This document shows positions 29,491 to 37,519 of a DNA stretch of 64,000 nt, in pieces (the stretch's first letter is position 1; every line of letters starts with the position of its first letter). Under the pieces are notes generated by a model. That model saw only the letters and a list, made by a program, of their open reading frames with translations, was not told the DNA's origin and made no database searches. The translations under genes were made by a program, and so were the position numbers. Origin of the DNA: an uncultured Caulobacteraceae bacterium (GTDB lineage: Bacteria > Pseudomonadota > Alphaproteobacteria > Caulobacterales > Caulobacteraceae); NCBI GenBank assembly GCA_903929535.1, contig CAIYVC010000080.1, forward strand, positions 4,999 through 68,998, in the 5' to 3' direction.

Positions 29491-29733
29491 TTGCCGGTGT
29501 GGTACGTCTACTTCCTTGAGCTCGCCAACGGCGACATCTACGTCGGCTCCACGAACGACCTGAAACGCCGTGTGACGTTGCATCGATCTGGCCAAGTCAT
29601 ATCGACCAAGGCTCTGTTGCCACTGACGTTGAAATCCTATGTCGCCGTGGAAAGCCAACTTCTTGCGCGAAGCCTTGAACGATATTTCAAGTCAGGATCC
29701 GGCAAGGCTTTCGCCAATAAACGATTTTGGTGA
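29491..29733 (+). CDS. Small GIY-YIG nuclease-family protein
   Basis: 80 aa: (M)PVWYVYFLELANGDIYVGSTNDLKRRVTLHRSGQVISTK...ERYFKSGSGKAF. It has the GIY (WYVY) ... YVG/YIG ... R ... E arrangement of stand-alone ~80-100 aa GIY-YIG proteins. TTG start with an AGGGGG Shine-Dalgarno motif 6 nt upstream; a GTG at 29497 is an alternative. Confidence 0.85.
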   Translation: MPVWYVYFLELANGDIYVGSTNDLKRRVTLHRSGQVISTKALLPLTLKSYVAVESQLLARSLERYFKSGSGKAFANKRFW

Positions 29734-29747
29734 CTTTGGCCGGCTAG

Positions 29748-29786
29748 CGCCCGCAGGGCGGCTTCGGGTGGCAGGCCACCCGAAGC
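29748..29786 (+). repeat. 39-bp hairpin-forming direct repeat, copy 2
   Basis: CGCCCGCAGGGCGGCTTCGGGTGGCAGGCCACCCGAAGC, a 38/39 match to copy 1. Here the second hairpin is a perfect 11-bp stem (GCTTCGGGTGG / CCACCCGAAGC). Confidence 0.85.
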
Positions 29787-29794
29787 ACTAAGCC

Positions 29795-30646
29795 TTACTT
29801 CGCGGTCGTGATGCCGTTCTTGTCGACCTTGTTGCGGTTGTTCTCTTCGCAGATGAACTCCTGGTTCCGGATATCCGGGCGCCAGCGAAACGCCGTGCGG
29901 GTGGTGTAAGGGTGATACAGGGTCACCGGATCGTAGACAGTCTGGAGCACCTCCAGCTTCGTACCATCGGCGCTCTTGTGAATATGTTCGACGACACGTT
30001 CCTTGTTCGAGTGGGTCGTGCCCTCGTCGTCCAAGTAGGTGCGGGTGTTCATCTTCTGAGTATCGACCACCAGGGTGTCGCCTTCCCAATGGGCGATGGA
30101 CTCGCCCAGGAAGCTCTCGCCCATGTTGGGGAAGTGCTTATCCGTCAAATAGATGCGGCGGATGTTGTGCAGGGTCTCCATCAGGATGGTGACCTGGGCC
30201 GGGTGGCCGTGGCCGGCGGGGCTCATCACCACTTCCACCGGATAAGGCGACTCCATGGCGCGAGGCGTGCCGTGCGGGAAGCACTGGGTCGAGGCGTCGC
30301 CCTCCGGAATGCCGCTGTTGGTGTCGCGCATCCGCTTTTCCAGCAACGCCATGTACTTGGGCTTCAGCGGGGCGGGTACGCCGGCTTCCGAGCCGGCCAG
30401 ATGCTTGATTCCGAAAGAGACCCAATGGCCGTTCAGGTCGTGCGGATCCGTGTTGGGCGCGATGGATCCAGCAGGCGCGGGTCCCGCATCTCCAGCGGGG
30501 GCCGTGATCTCAAGCGTATGATCCGGGCCGTTGTACAGGTTGCGACCGGTGTCCCGTTGCGCCAGGGCGCTGGTCGTCATCAGAACCGCTACCGCGCCGA
30601 GCCCGCAGCCCAACGCCAGCCGTCCCAGTTTACTGGAATCTCGCAT
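29795..30646 (-). CDS. Hypothetical exported protein
   Basis: 283 aa with a signal peptide (LGCGLGAVAVLMTTSALAQ). About 57% GC over a 240-nt hand count. I recognised no named family; conserved-looking blocks include CFPHGTPR and SIAHWEGDTLVVDT. Confidence 0.6.
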   Translation of the reverse strand: MRDSSKLGRLALGCGLGAVAVLMTTSALAQRDTGRNLYNGPDHTLEITAPAGDAGPAPAGSIAPNTDPHDLNGHWVSFGIKHLAGSEAGVPAPLKPKYMALLEKRMRDTNSGIPEGDASTQCFPHGTPRAMESPYPVEVVMSPAGHGHPAQVTILMETLHNIRRIYLTDKHFPNMGESFLGESIAHWEGDTLVVDTQKMNTRTYLDDEGTTHSNKERVVEHIHKSADGTKLEVLQTVYDPVTLYHPYTTRTAFRWRPDIRNQEFICEENNRNKVDKNGITTAK

Positions 30647-30802
30647 GGTTCACTCCCTCCAGGTTTTGAAATCAGAAGCGCTCCGACCATCCCCACGGAC
30701 GCAAAGACGCCGGAGCCGCCGCCTTGTTACGAGGCATAGTGAATCTCAATATCCGGAATATTTCAACGGTCCGGGCGTTAAACGGACAGACGAAAAGATG
30801 GC

Positions 30803-31471
30803 CTATTCGCCATCGGTGGCCGGTTCGGCCTTGTAGAACTGCGTGCCGATCTCGATTACCGGCCGTCCCACGCTGCGGCGATGGTTGTTAGCGTCGCGGA
30901 AGGAATAGACGCAGCCGCAATATTCCTGCTGGTAGAATTCTTCCCGCTTGCTGATCTCGATCATCCGCGCCGAGCCGCCGCCCTTGCGCCAGTTATAATC
31001 CCAGTAGCTTAGCCCCTCGTACCGAGCCGCCGCGCGGTGGCCGCAGCCGTTGATCTGATTCATGTCCTTCCAGCGCGAGATGCCGAGCGAGCTGGTGATC
31101 ACGGGAAATCCGTTTTCGTGGGCGTAGAGGGCCGTGCGCTCGAAGCGCATGTCGAAACACATGGTGCAGCGGATGCCCCGCTCCGGCTCGCGCTCCATGC
31201 CCTTGGCCCGGGCGAACCAGTTGTCCTTGTCGTAGTCGGCGTCGATGAAGCCCACGCCATGCTTCTCGGCAAAGCGGATGTTCTCGTCCTTGCGCAGCAG
31301 ATACTCGCGCTCAGGATGGATGTTCGGGTTGTAGAAGAAGATCGTGTAGTCGACGCCCGAGGCCAGCATGGCCTCCATCACCTCGCCCGAGCACGGCGCG
31401 CAGCAGGAATGCAGCAGCACCTTCTTGTGGCCGTTCGGCGGAACCAGGGTCGGGCGGGCGACATCGTTCAT
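30803..31471 (-). CDS. queH: Epoxyqueuosine reductase QueH (DUF208)
   Basis: [30 protein letters not shown] and YCGCVYS motifs. Start set at MNDVARP (31471); the ORF track starts at 31510. Confidence 0.9.
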   Translation of the reverse strand: MNDVARPTLVPPNGHKKVLLHSCCAPCSGEVMEAMLASGVDYTIFFYNPNIHPEREYLLRKDENIRFAEKHGVGFIDADYDKDNWFARAKGMEREPERGIRCTMCFDMRFERTALYAHENGFPVITSSLGISRWKDMNQINGCGHRAAARYEGLSYWDYNWRKGGGSARMIEISKREEFYQQEYCGCVYSFRDANNHRRSVGRPVIEIGTQFYKAEPATDGE

Positions 31472-31515
31472 GGCGGCTGGATAGCAAAAAGCGGCTGTTT
31501 TCGCCACCACGCGGC

Positions 31516-33378
31516 TCAGTCCCGGCCGGCCAGCGCCTCCAGATCAGCCGCAACCCGCGCCATCACGCTCTCCCAATCCCCCGGCTTCGGTTGCCGATAA
31601 AGGCGCGCGGTCGGGTACCAGGGGCTGTCCTCGCGGTCGGTCAGCCAGCGCCAGCAGTTGTCAAAGCGGTTCAATATCCACACCGGCTTGCCCATCGCCC
31701 CGGCGAGGTGGGCGGTGGAGGTGTCCACGGCGATCACCAGGTCCAGGTTCTCGATCAGGGCGGCGGTATCGGTGAAGTCCTTGAGGTCAGCCGCGTAGTT
31801 GATGATCGGCGGCCCGTCCCAGCCGGCCTTTTCGATGGCCGGTAGTTCGCTCTCGGCGGGCTCGCCCTTCTGCAGGCTGTAGAATTCGACGTTCGGGTTC
31901 TTCAGGGCAGCCAGTTTGGACAGGACGATGTTGCGCCGGTCGTTCAGCGCCCATAGCTCCGGCTGATCCGCGCGGTGGCCGCCCGACCAGACCAGCCCGA
32001 CCCGCAGCCGGGTCTTCGCGCCCAGCCGTTGGGCCCAGACCTGTGCCAGCCTTGGATCGGCCCGCAGATAGGGAATGTCCGCCGGGATGGTGGCGACCTC
32101 GGTCTTGAAGGCCAGGGGCAGGCTCATCAGCGGGCAGGGATAGTCGAACCGTGGCAGCGGCTGGCCCTTCTCGATCAGCCGGTCGACCCCTTCCAGGGTC
32201 GCCAGGATCCCCATCAGCGGCTTGTCCGCCTCCAGGACCACGGTGGCGCCCAGGGCCTTGATCATCTTGGCGTAACGGCAGAACTGCAGGGTGTCGCCAA
32301 GGCCCTGTTCGCTGTGCAGCAGCACCGTCTTTCCGCTCAGGTCGGTCCGGGCCAGCCAGTCGGGGGACGGCGGGACAACGTTCTCGGCCAGCAGAACGTC
32401 CTGGCGCCAGCGCCAATCGAACAGCAGCCAGCCGCGCTCGTAATCGCCCAGCAGCAGCAGAAGCAGGGCCTTGTTCCAGGCGGCGGGCGGGAATTCCGGC
32501 TTCAGCGCCAGGGCTTGGTCGAAGGCGGCCAAGGCCTCGTCGAAACGCGCCATGTCCTGCAGCACATTGCCGAGGTTGCCGTGGATGCCCGCCTCGTCGG
32601 GCTTCAGGTCGCGCGCCCGTTCGAGGATCGCTAGCGCCTCCTCGGAGCGGCCCAGGGTGCGCAGCTGACGGCCCAGCTCGTTGAGCGCCGGAACGTGTGT
32701 CGGGTTCAGGGCGACGGCCCGCTGATAGGCGGCTATCGCCTCGTCCAGCCGATAGAGGCGTCCGAACAGGTTGCCCAGATCGTTGTGGACTTCCGCATAG
32801 TCCGGTCTCAGCTCGGCCGCCTGCTCGCTGAGAACCAGCGCCCCTTCCAGATCGCCCTCCCCCGCCAAGGTCTTCGAGCGCTTGCGCAGCGCCTCAACCG
32901 CCCTGTTGTGATTGTACAGGGCGATCGCCGCCTCGCGCCGCGCCGTCTGGTCCGGCCCGTCTCCCCGCGCCAGAGTTTCGGGAGGCAAGGCCTGGTCCGC
33001 CATGACTTGGCCGAAGTCCGCGATCGCAACCGCCATCTGGTCGACCACGCTGTCCCAGTCGTGGTGCTGAGGCTGACGAAACAGCCGCGCGGTGGGGTAC
33101 CAGGGGCTGTCCGTACGGCCCACATGCCAGCGATAGTCCGGTGTATGGGGCAGCAGCACCCACAGCGGCTTGCCCAGGGCGCCCGCCATGTGCGCCACGG
33201 ATGTGTCGACGGAGATCACCATGTCCATCTGCTGGATCAGCGCCGCCGTATCCATGAAGGTCTTGATCTCGCCGTCGAAGCGGCGGATGCGGCCGTCCGC
33301 GTTCAGCAGGGTCTCGTCATCCTCGCGGTACTCCACCTGCAGCGAGACGAAATCCACATCGGCATTCAGCAGCGGCAA
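31516..33378 (-). CDS. TPR-repeat protein with a glycosyltransferase-family-9 (heptosyltransferase)-like domain; the ORF opens inside the C-terminal half of the upstream module's GT9-like domain
   Basis: 620 aa. Residues 1-120 ([34 protein letters not shown]...[13 protein letters not shown]) duplicate the C-terminal block of the same ORF ([33 protein letters not shown]...[13 protein letters not shown]). Then come ~5 TPR repeats and a complete GT9-like domain ([17 protein letters not shown]...). It is the continuation of the frameshifted gene upstream. Confidence 0.8.
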   Translation of the reverse strand: MPLLNADVDFVSLQVEYREDDETLLNADGRIRRFDGEIKTFMDTAALIQQMDMVISVDTSVAHMAGALGKPLWVLLPHTPDYRWHVGRTDSPWYPTARLFRQPQHHDWDSVVDQMAVAIADFGQVMADQALPPETLARGDGPDQTARREAAIALYNHNRAVEALRKRSKTLAGEGDLEGALVLSEQAAELRPDYAEVHNDLGNLFGRLYRLDEAIAAYQRAVALNPTHVPALNELGRQLRTLGRSEEALAILERARDLKPDEAGIHGNLGNVLQDMARFDEALAAFDQALALKPEFPPAAWNKALLLLLLGDYERGWLLFDWRWRQDVLLAENVVPPSPDWLARTDLSGKTVLLHSEQGLGDTLQFCRYAKMIKALGATVVLEADKPLMGILATLEGVDRLIEKGQPLPRFDYPCPLMSLPLAFKTEVATIPADIPYLRADPRLAQVWAQRLGAKTRLRVGLVWSGGHRADQPELWALNDRRNIVLSKLAALKNPNVEFYSLQKGEPAESELPAIEKAGWDGPPIINYAADLKDFTDTAALIENLDLVIAVDTSTAHLAGAMGKPVWILNRFDNCWRWLTDREDSPWYPTARLYRQPKPGDWESVMARVAADLEALAGRD

Positions 33379-33386
33379 CAGGGTCT

Positions 33387-34673
33387 TCAGCGGTATGCTG
33401 CGGCGATGGTCGTTCTTGTGGGTGCGGTTGCCCGACCAGGCCAGGCCGACCCGCGGTCGCGTCTTTGGCCCGAACCGGCCCGCCCAGGCTGGCGCGCCGC
33501 CAGGCTGGTCCAGACGTAGGGAACCTCGTCCGGGATGGTGTCGATCGTGGTTTTGAAGGCCAGCGGCAGCGACATCATCATGCAGTAGTAGTCATGCTGC
33601 GGCAGGTTCTCGCCTTCGACCACCACCTGACTGACGCCGGGAATGGTGCTGACGATCTCGCCCAGGGAGGTCTGCACGGCGACCACCACCCGCGCGCCCA
33701 TCTCGGCCAGTTGGGGCGCGTAGCGCAGCATCTGCAGGCTGTCGCCCAGGCCCTGCTCGGCGCGGATCAGGAAGGTCTTGCCGGCGACGTCACCCTCTCC
33801 GAGCCACTGTGGCTGGTCGGAGGGCTTCTCGCGGTTCTCCAGGTCCTTGCGCAGCCAGCGCCACTCGTAGAGCTCCCACCCCTCGGCGTACTGCTCCGTC
33901 TGGATCAGGACGTAGGACTTGTTCCAGCGCGGGTCGACGAAATCGGGGTCGATGGCGATCGCGCGGTCGAACGCGGCCAGCGATTCCTCGTAGTGGTGAA
34001 ACTCATTGAGGATCACGCCGAGGTTGTTGTGCGCGTCGGTCAGCTTGGGGTCGAGGTCCAGCGCCTTCTCATAGGCCTCCAGCGCCTCGTCGAACCGGCC
34101 CAGCTCCCTCAGCACGAAGCCTCGGTTGGAAAAGGCGGGGGCCAGGTTGGCGCGCAGGCTCTGGGCCTGTTCGTAGACCGCCAGGGCTTCGTCCCAGCGG
34201 CTCAGCGCCTGCAGGGCATTGCCGAGGTTGTTGAGCGCCTCGGGATAGTTGGGCTCGAGCGCGATAGCCCGCTCGAAATAGGCTAGGGCCTCCGTCGGGC
34301 GGTCCAGAGCGGACAGGATATTGCCGGCGATGAAGTAGGATTCCGCATTGTTCGGATCCAGCGCGATGGCGTGCTCGCTGGCCTGCAGGGCCTCATCAAG
34401 CCGCTTCAGATGCTGCAGCGCCACCGCCTTGATCTCGTCGTCGGTGACCACGACGTAGCGGCCCTTGTCGATCTCGAAGCCCTTGACCAGATCGGCCCGC
34501 TCCACCGGTCCCGTGTCCGGGTCGGTCGGGATCATGCGGATGCGGTTCATCGTCTCCTTGTGCAGGAGGTTGAAATGCACCTCGCTCGTGGAGGAGGTCG
34601 CGGTGTAGAGGGCGACCGGGCAGCTCACGAGAGAAAGCCGCAGATGTCCTTGCCAGGTTGGACGGGTGGCCAT
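33387..34673 (-). pseudogene. Chimeric, frameshifted ORF: Ku N-terminal 86 aa fused to TPR repeats and the N-terminal half of a GT9-like domain
   Basis: aa 1-86 (MATRPTWQGHLRLSLVSCPVALYTATSS..VHFNLLHKETMNRIR...LVKGFEIDKGRYVVVTDDEIKAVAL) match the bacterial Ku N-terminus. From aa 87 there are TPR repeats, then GKTFLIRAEQGLGDSLQ (GT9-like). The last ~35 aa are out-of-frame nonsense. In the frame of the downstream ORF the sequence reads [46 protein letters not shown], which aligns with the second module. Confidence 0.75.
34416..34673 (-). other. ku: Ku (NHEJ DNA-end-binding protein) N-terminal remnant
   Basis: Only ~86 of the usual ~270-300 Ku residues are present. Similarity ends abruptly at ...DDEIKAVAL|QHLKRLDEAL, in the middle of a TPR helix pair. 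Confidence 0.75.
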
Positions 34674-34735
34674 GCTAGCCTCGCTCGGATGATGACGGTC
34701 CGGATCACAACGCGGCGGGCGAAGGCTTTGTTCAG

Positions 34736-34960
34736 ATGAGCGAAGTGCTGGTGGATGCGCGCGGGCATCGCTGTCCCGTGCCGACCCTGCGCCTGCGCCG
34801 CGCCCTGGAGCGCGCCGCGCCGGGCCAGACCGTGCGCCTTCTAGCCGATGATCCCCTGGCCAGGATCGACGTGCCCCACTTCGTTTCCGGCGAAGGCCAT
34901 CGGCTGATCTCCAGCACGGCGGACGGCGCGATCCTGATCTTCATCGTGGCGCGGCAATAA
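34736..34960 (+). CDS. TusA/SirA-family sulfurtransferase-like protein
   Basis: 74 aa with the DARGHRCPVPTLRL (CPxP) motif and typical TusA size. Confidence 0.85.
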   Translation: MSEVLVDARGHRCPVPTLRLRRALERAAPGQTVRLLADDPLARIDVPHFVSGEGHRLISSTADGAILIFIVARQ

Positions 34961-35052
34961 CCTCCCCATAAAGCCTCTGGTAACGGGAAAGGGCGTCAAT
35001 AGCGCCTGCGGGGAGCGGCGGAGGGCGCCGGCTCATGTCTTGAGGATGCTTC

Positions 35053-36378
35053 GTGCCGGTTCACGCCCGAGTGTTGATCCTTGCGCGCGACGACAGCCTG
35101 GCCGGCCCTCTGGCCGAGGGGCTTGACCGTCTGGGCTGGCGCACGCTGACGGCGCGGGGTGTTTATGCGGGCATCGCCGCCCTGGCCGACCTCAAGATCG
35201 AAGCCGCCATTATCGACACCGCCAGCTATGGCGAGGACGCTCACGACCTGGCCATGCGGCTGAAGACCGCCAGCGGCGCTCGGCGCCTGCCGATCATCGC
35301 CATCGGCGCGCCCAACCCGGAAAGCGATCTGCTGGCCTTCGACCTGACCCTGGCCGCACCCCTGCATCCCGCCCAGGCCGCCTTCCGTCTGGAATCCCTG
35401 GTGCGCACCGCCACGGCCCAGGAAGAATATGAACTGCGCGCCGAGACCTTCTCCGAACGCGGCCGCGTGCTGGACCCGCCTCATCCCGGCGACGCGCCCT
35501 GGCGCATCCTGGCTATCGGCGAACCGGCGCCCCAGTTTCTGGCCCTGTCCAACGCCCTGACCGCCAACGGCGCCGAAGTCACCGGCGCCTTCACCGCCTA
35601 CACCGCCTTCGACTATCTGCACGACCAGCCCTTCGAGGCCGTGGTGCTGTGGGCCGGCGACAGCCAGGCGGAGTCCCTGTCGATCGCGGCGGGCATGCGC
35701 CGCAACACCCGCCTCTACCATATCCCCGCCCTGCTCTACCTGCGCCCGGACGCGGGCCTGTCCCTGCAGGAGGTGTTCCATCGCGGCGTCTCGGATGTCG
35801 CCAGCCCCGACACCCCCGAAAGCCAGACCGCCGACCGGGTGATCGAACTAGCCAAGGCCTATCGCCACCAGGCTTCGATCCGCAGCGCCCTGAACCGCGC
35901 CCGCGCTTCCGGCCTGATGGATGCGGCTACCGGCTTGTTCACCCGCGACCTGTTCGCCGCCCACCTCGCCCGGCTGACCCAGTCCTCGCGCGACCGCAAC
36001 CGCGCCCTGTCGGTGTGCGTCCTGAAACTGACCGAGCGGGTCGAACTGGCTACCTTGCGGTCCGAGGGCTGGGTCGACCGCGCCGTGCCGCAGATCGGCT
36101 CCATGATCGGCCGCCTCGTGCGCGCCGAGGACACCGCTGCCCGCCTCGGCCCCGAGACCTTCGCCCTGGCGCTGCCCTCCACCAGCCTGATGTCCGCCCG
36201 CGCCGCCTCCGAGCGGATCGCCGCGGTGATCGGCTGCACCGCCTTCGACGCCGGTGAGGGCCGCCCGCCCTTCGTGGTGGAGTTCGATATCGGTGTGGCC
36301 GAGGTGGAGCGTGGCGAAACCGCCGGCGCCGCCCTGGAGCGGGCCGCCGCCCGGCTGCAGCAGGCCAAGGCCGGCTGA
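35053..36378 (+). CDS. REC-REC-GGDEF protein with a degenerate active site and intact I-site (PopA/PleD-family, probable c-di-GMP effector)
   Basis: 441 aa with two receiver-like domains and a C-terminal GGDEF fold (DAATGLFTRDLF...). The GGDEF position reads GPETF. RAED lies exactly 5 residues upstream (compare PleD RxxD-N5-GGEEF). The metal-binding Asp block is replaced (VLKLTE). Confidence 0.8.
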   Translation: MPVHARVLILARDDSLAGPLAEGLDRLGWRTLTARGVYAGIAALADLKIEAAIIDTASYGEDAHDLAMRLKTASGARRLPIIAIGAPNPESDLLAFDLTLAAPLHPAQAAFRLESLVRTATAQEEYELRAETFSERGRVLDPPHPGDAPWRILAIGEPAPQFLALSNALTANGAEVTGAFTAYTAFDYLHDQPFEAVVLWAGDSQAESLSIAAGMRRNTRLYHIPALLYLRPDAGLSLQEVFHRGVSDVASPDTPESQTADRVIELAKAYRHQASIRSALNRARASGLMDAATGLFTRDLFAAHLARLTQSSRDRNRALSVCVLKLTERVELATLRSEGWVDRAVPQIGSMIGRLVRAEDTAARLGPETFALALPSTSLMSARAASERIAAVIGCTAFDAGEGRPPFVVEFDIGVAEVERGETAGAALERAAARLQQAKAG

Positions 36379-36382
36379 TCTC

Positions 36383-36580
36383 ATGATCGAGATCGAGCGC
36401 ACCATGGATCCCGTGCGCCTCTCGGTCCTCCGCTCGGTCCTGACCGACGCCGGCATCGACAATTTCGTCTTCGATTCAGGCGCCGGCGGCCTTTGGCAAG
36501 GCGCCATTCCCTCCCGGCTGATGGTCCATGACGATGACGTCGAATTGGCGCACCGCGCGATAGAGCAAGCTGGCCTATAG
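36383..36580 (+). CDS. DUF2007-like small protein (putative signal-transducing protein)
   Basis: 65 aa from the ATG at 36383 (MIEIERTMDPVRLSVLRSVLTDAGIDNFVFD...). It starts 5 nt after the stop of the GGDEF gene. The family call comes from motif memory. Confidence 0.65.
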   Translation: MIEIERTMDPVRLSVLRSVLTDAGIDNFVFDSGAGGLWQGAIPSRLMVHDDDVELAHRAIEQAGL

Positions 36581-36625
36581 GACTCAGACTATTCAGTGAC
36601 GTCTCAGTAGGCGTCCCCGACGGTC

Positions 36626-37438
36626 TTGAAGCAGTGGAGCTTGCGGTTGAAATCCCATTTGAAGGCGGCCTTTCTGGGCCTCGTCCTGACCGGCCTTTGC
36701 GGCGTCTCCGCCCACGCGCAGGACGGCACCATCTTCGGCTACAAGCTGAACATCGCCGTGCGTGGCTGGATCACCCCGACCTATGACGGCTCGCGCCGCG
36801 TCGCCCCGGCGCCCGGCGGCAGTCTGGCGGTCAGCAAGCCCGCCGATTTCGACGCCTATGCCGCTCCGGACGATGCGGCCAGCTTCTCGGTCATCAGCAC
36901 CAAGCGGGTCGTGATCGGCGCCGCCGCTTCCTTCCGCGAGGCGCGCCTGAACAATGACGAGCTGATGGGCATGCGCAGCATCGGCTGGTCGCTGCAGGGC
37001 GGCGGTTTTGCCAACGTCTGGCCCACCCCGTGGCTCCGCCTGCATGTGGAGGCCCTCAAAGGCCTGACCGCTCAATATGGCATCCAGGTGAACACCAGCG
37101 CCGACGCCATCACCCAGCAGGGCCGCTGGCGCCTGGCGGCCGGCCCCCGCTTCGGCTGGGCCGATGCGACCTTCAACACCCGCTACTTCGGCGTGACCCG
37201 GGCCGAGGCCATCGCCAGCCCTTATATCGACAACCCCTACACGGTCGGCGCCGGCGCCCACTTCGTCGGGCTCGAAGGCGCCGCGGAATACAAGTGGAGC
37301 CCCAAGATCCGCCTGACGCTGGACACCCGCTATCACCGCCTTCTCGGCGACGACGCCAACAGCCCCCTGGTCCGCCAGTTGGGCCGCCGCGATCAGTTTT
37401 CGGTGTCGACGGGGATTCGCTTCATGATTCCAAACTAG
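36626..37438 (+). CDS. MipA/OmpV-family outer-membrane protein (copy 1)
   Basis: 270 aa with a signal peptide and a beta-barrel alternating pattern. C-terminal family block YHRLLGDDANSPLVRQLGRRDQFSVSTGIRF. Confidence 0.85.
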   Translation: MKQWSLRLKSHLKAAFLGLVLTGLCGVSAHAQDGTIFGYKLNIAVRGWITPTYDGSRRVAPAPGGSLAVSKPADFDAYAAPDDAASFSVISTKRVVIGAAASFREARLNNDELMGMRSIGWSLQGGGFANVWPTPWLRLHVEALKGLTAQYGIQVNTSADAITQQGRWRLAAGPRFGWADATFNTRYFGVTRAEAIASPYIDNPYTVGAGAHFVGLEGAAEYKWSPKIRLTLDTRYHRLLGDDANSPLVRQLGRRDQFSVSTGIRFMIPN

Positions 37439-37519
37439 TAGCCGCCATTGAATATCCCGGACTGACGCATCCCCCGGACACCCTGTGCGTTAGCTCCAGG
37501 AACCCAAGGGGAGCGTACA

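Larger units (their letters stand above)
29397..29794 (+). mobile_element. Candidate GIY-YIG mini-cassette (ORF plus flanking hairpin direct repeats)
   Basis: A ~53% GC ORF (128 of 243 nt by hand count) sits in a ~70% GC context. It is bounded by two copies of a 39-bp repeat and begins 1 nt after the tRNA-Ser CCA end. No transposase or integrase is present. Confidence 0.4.
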
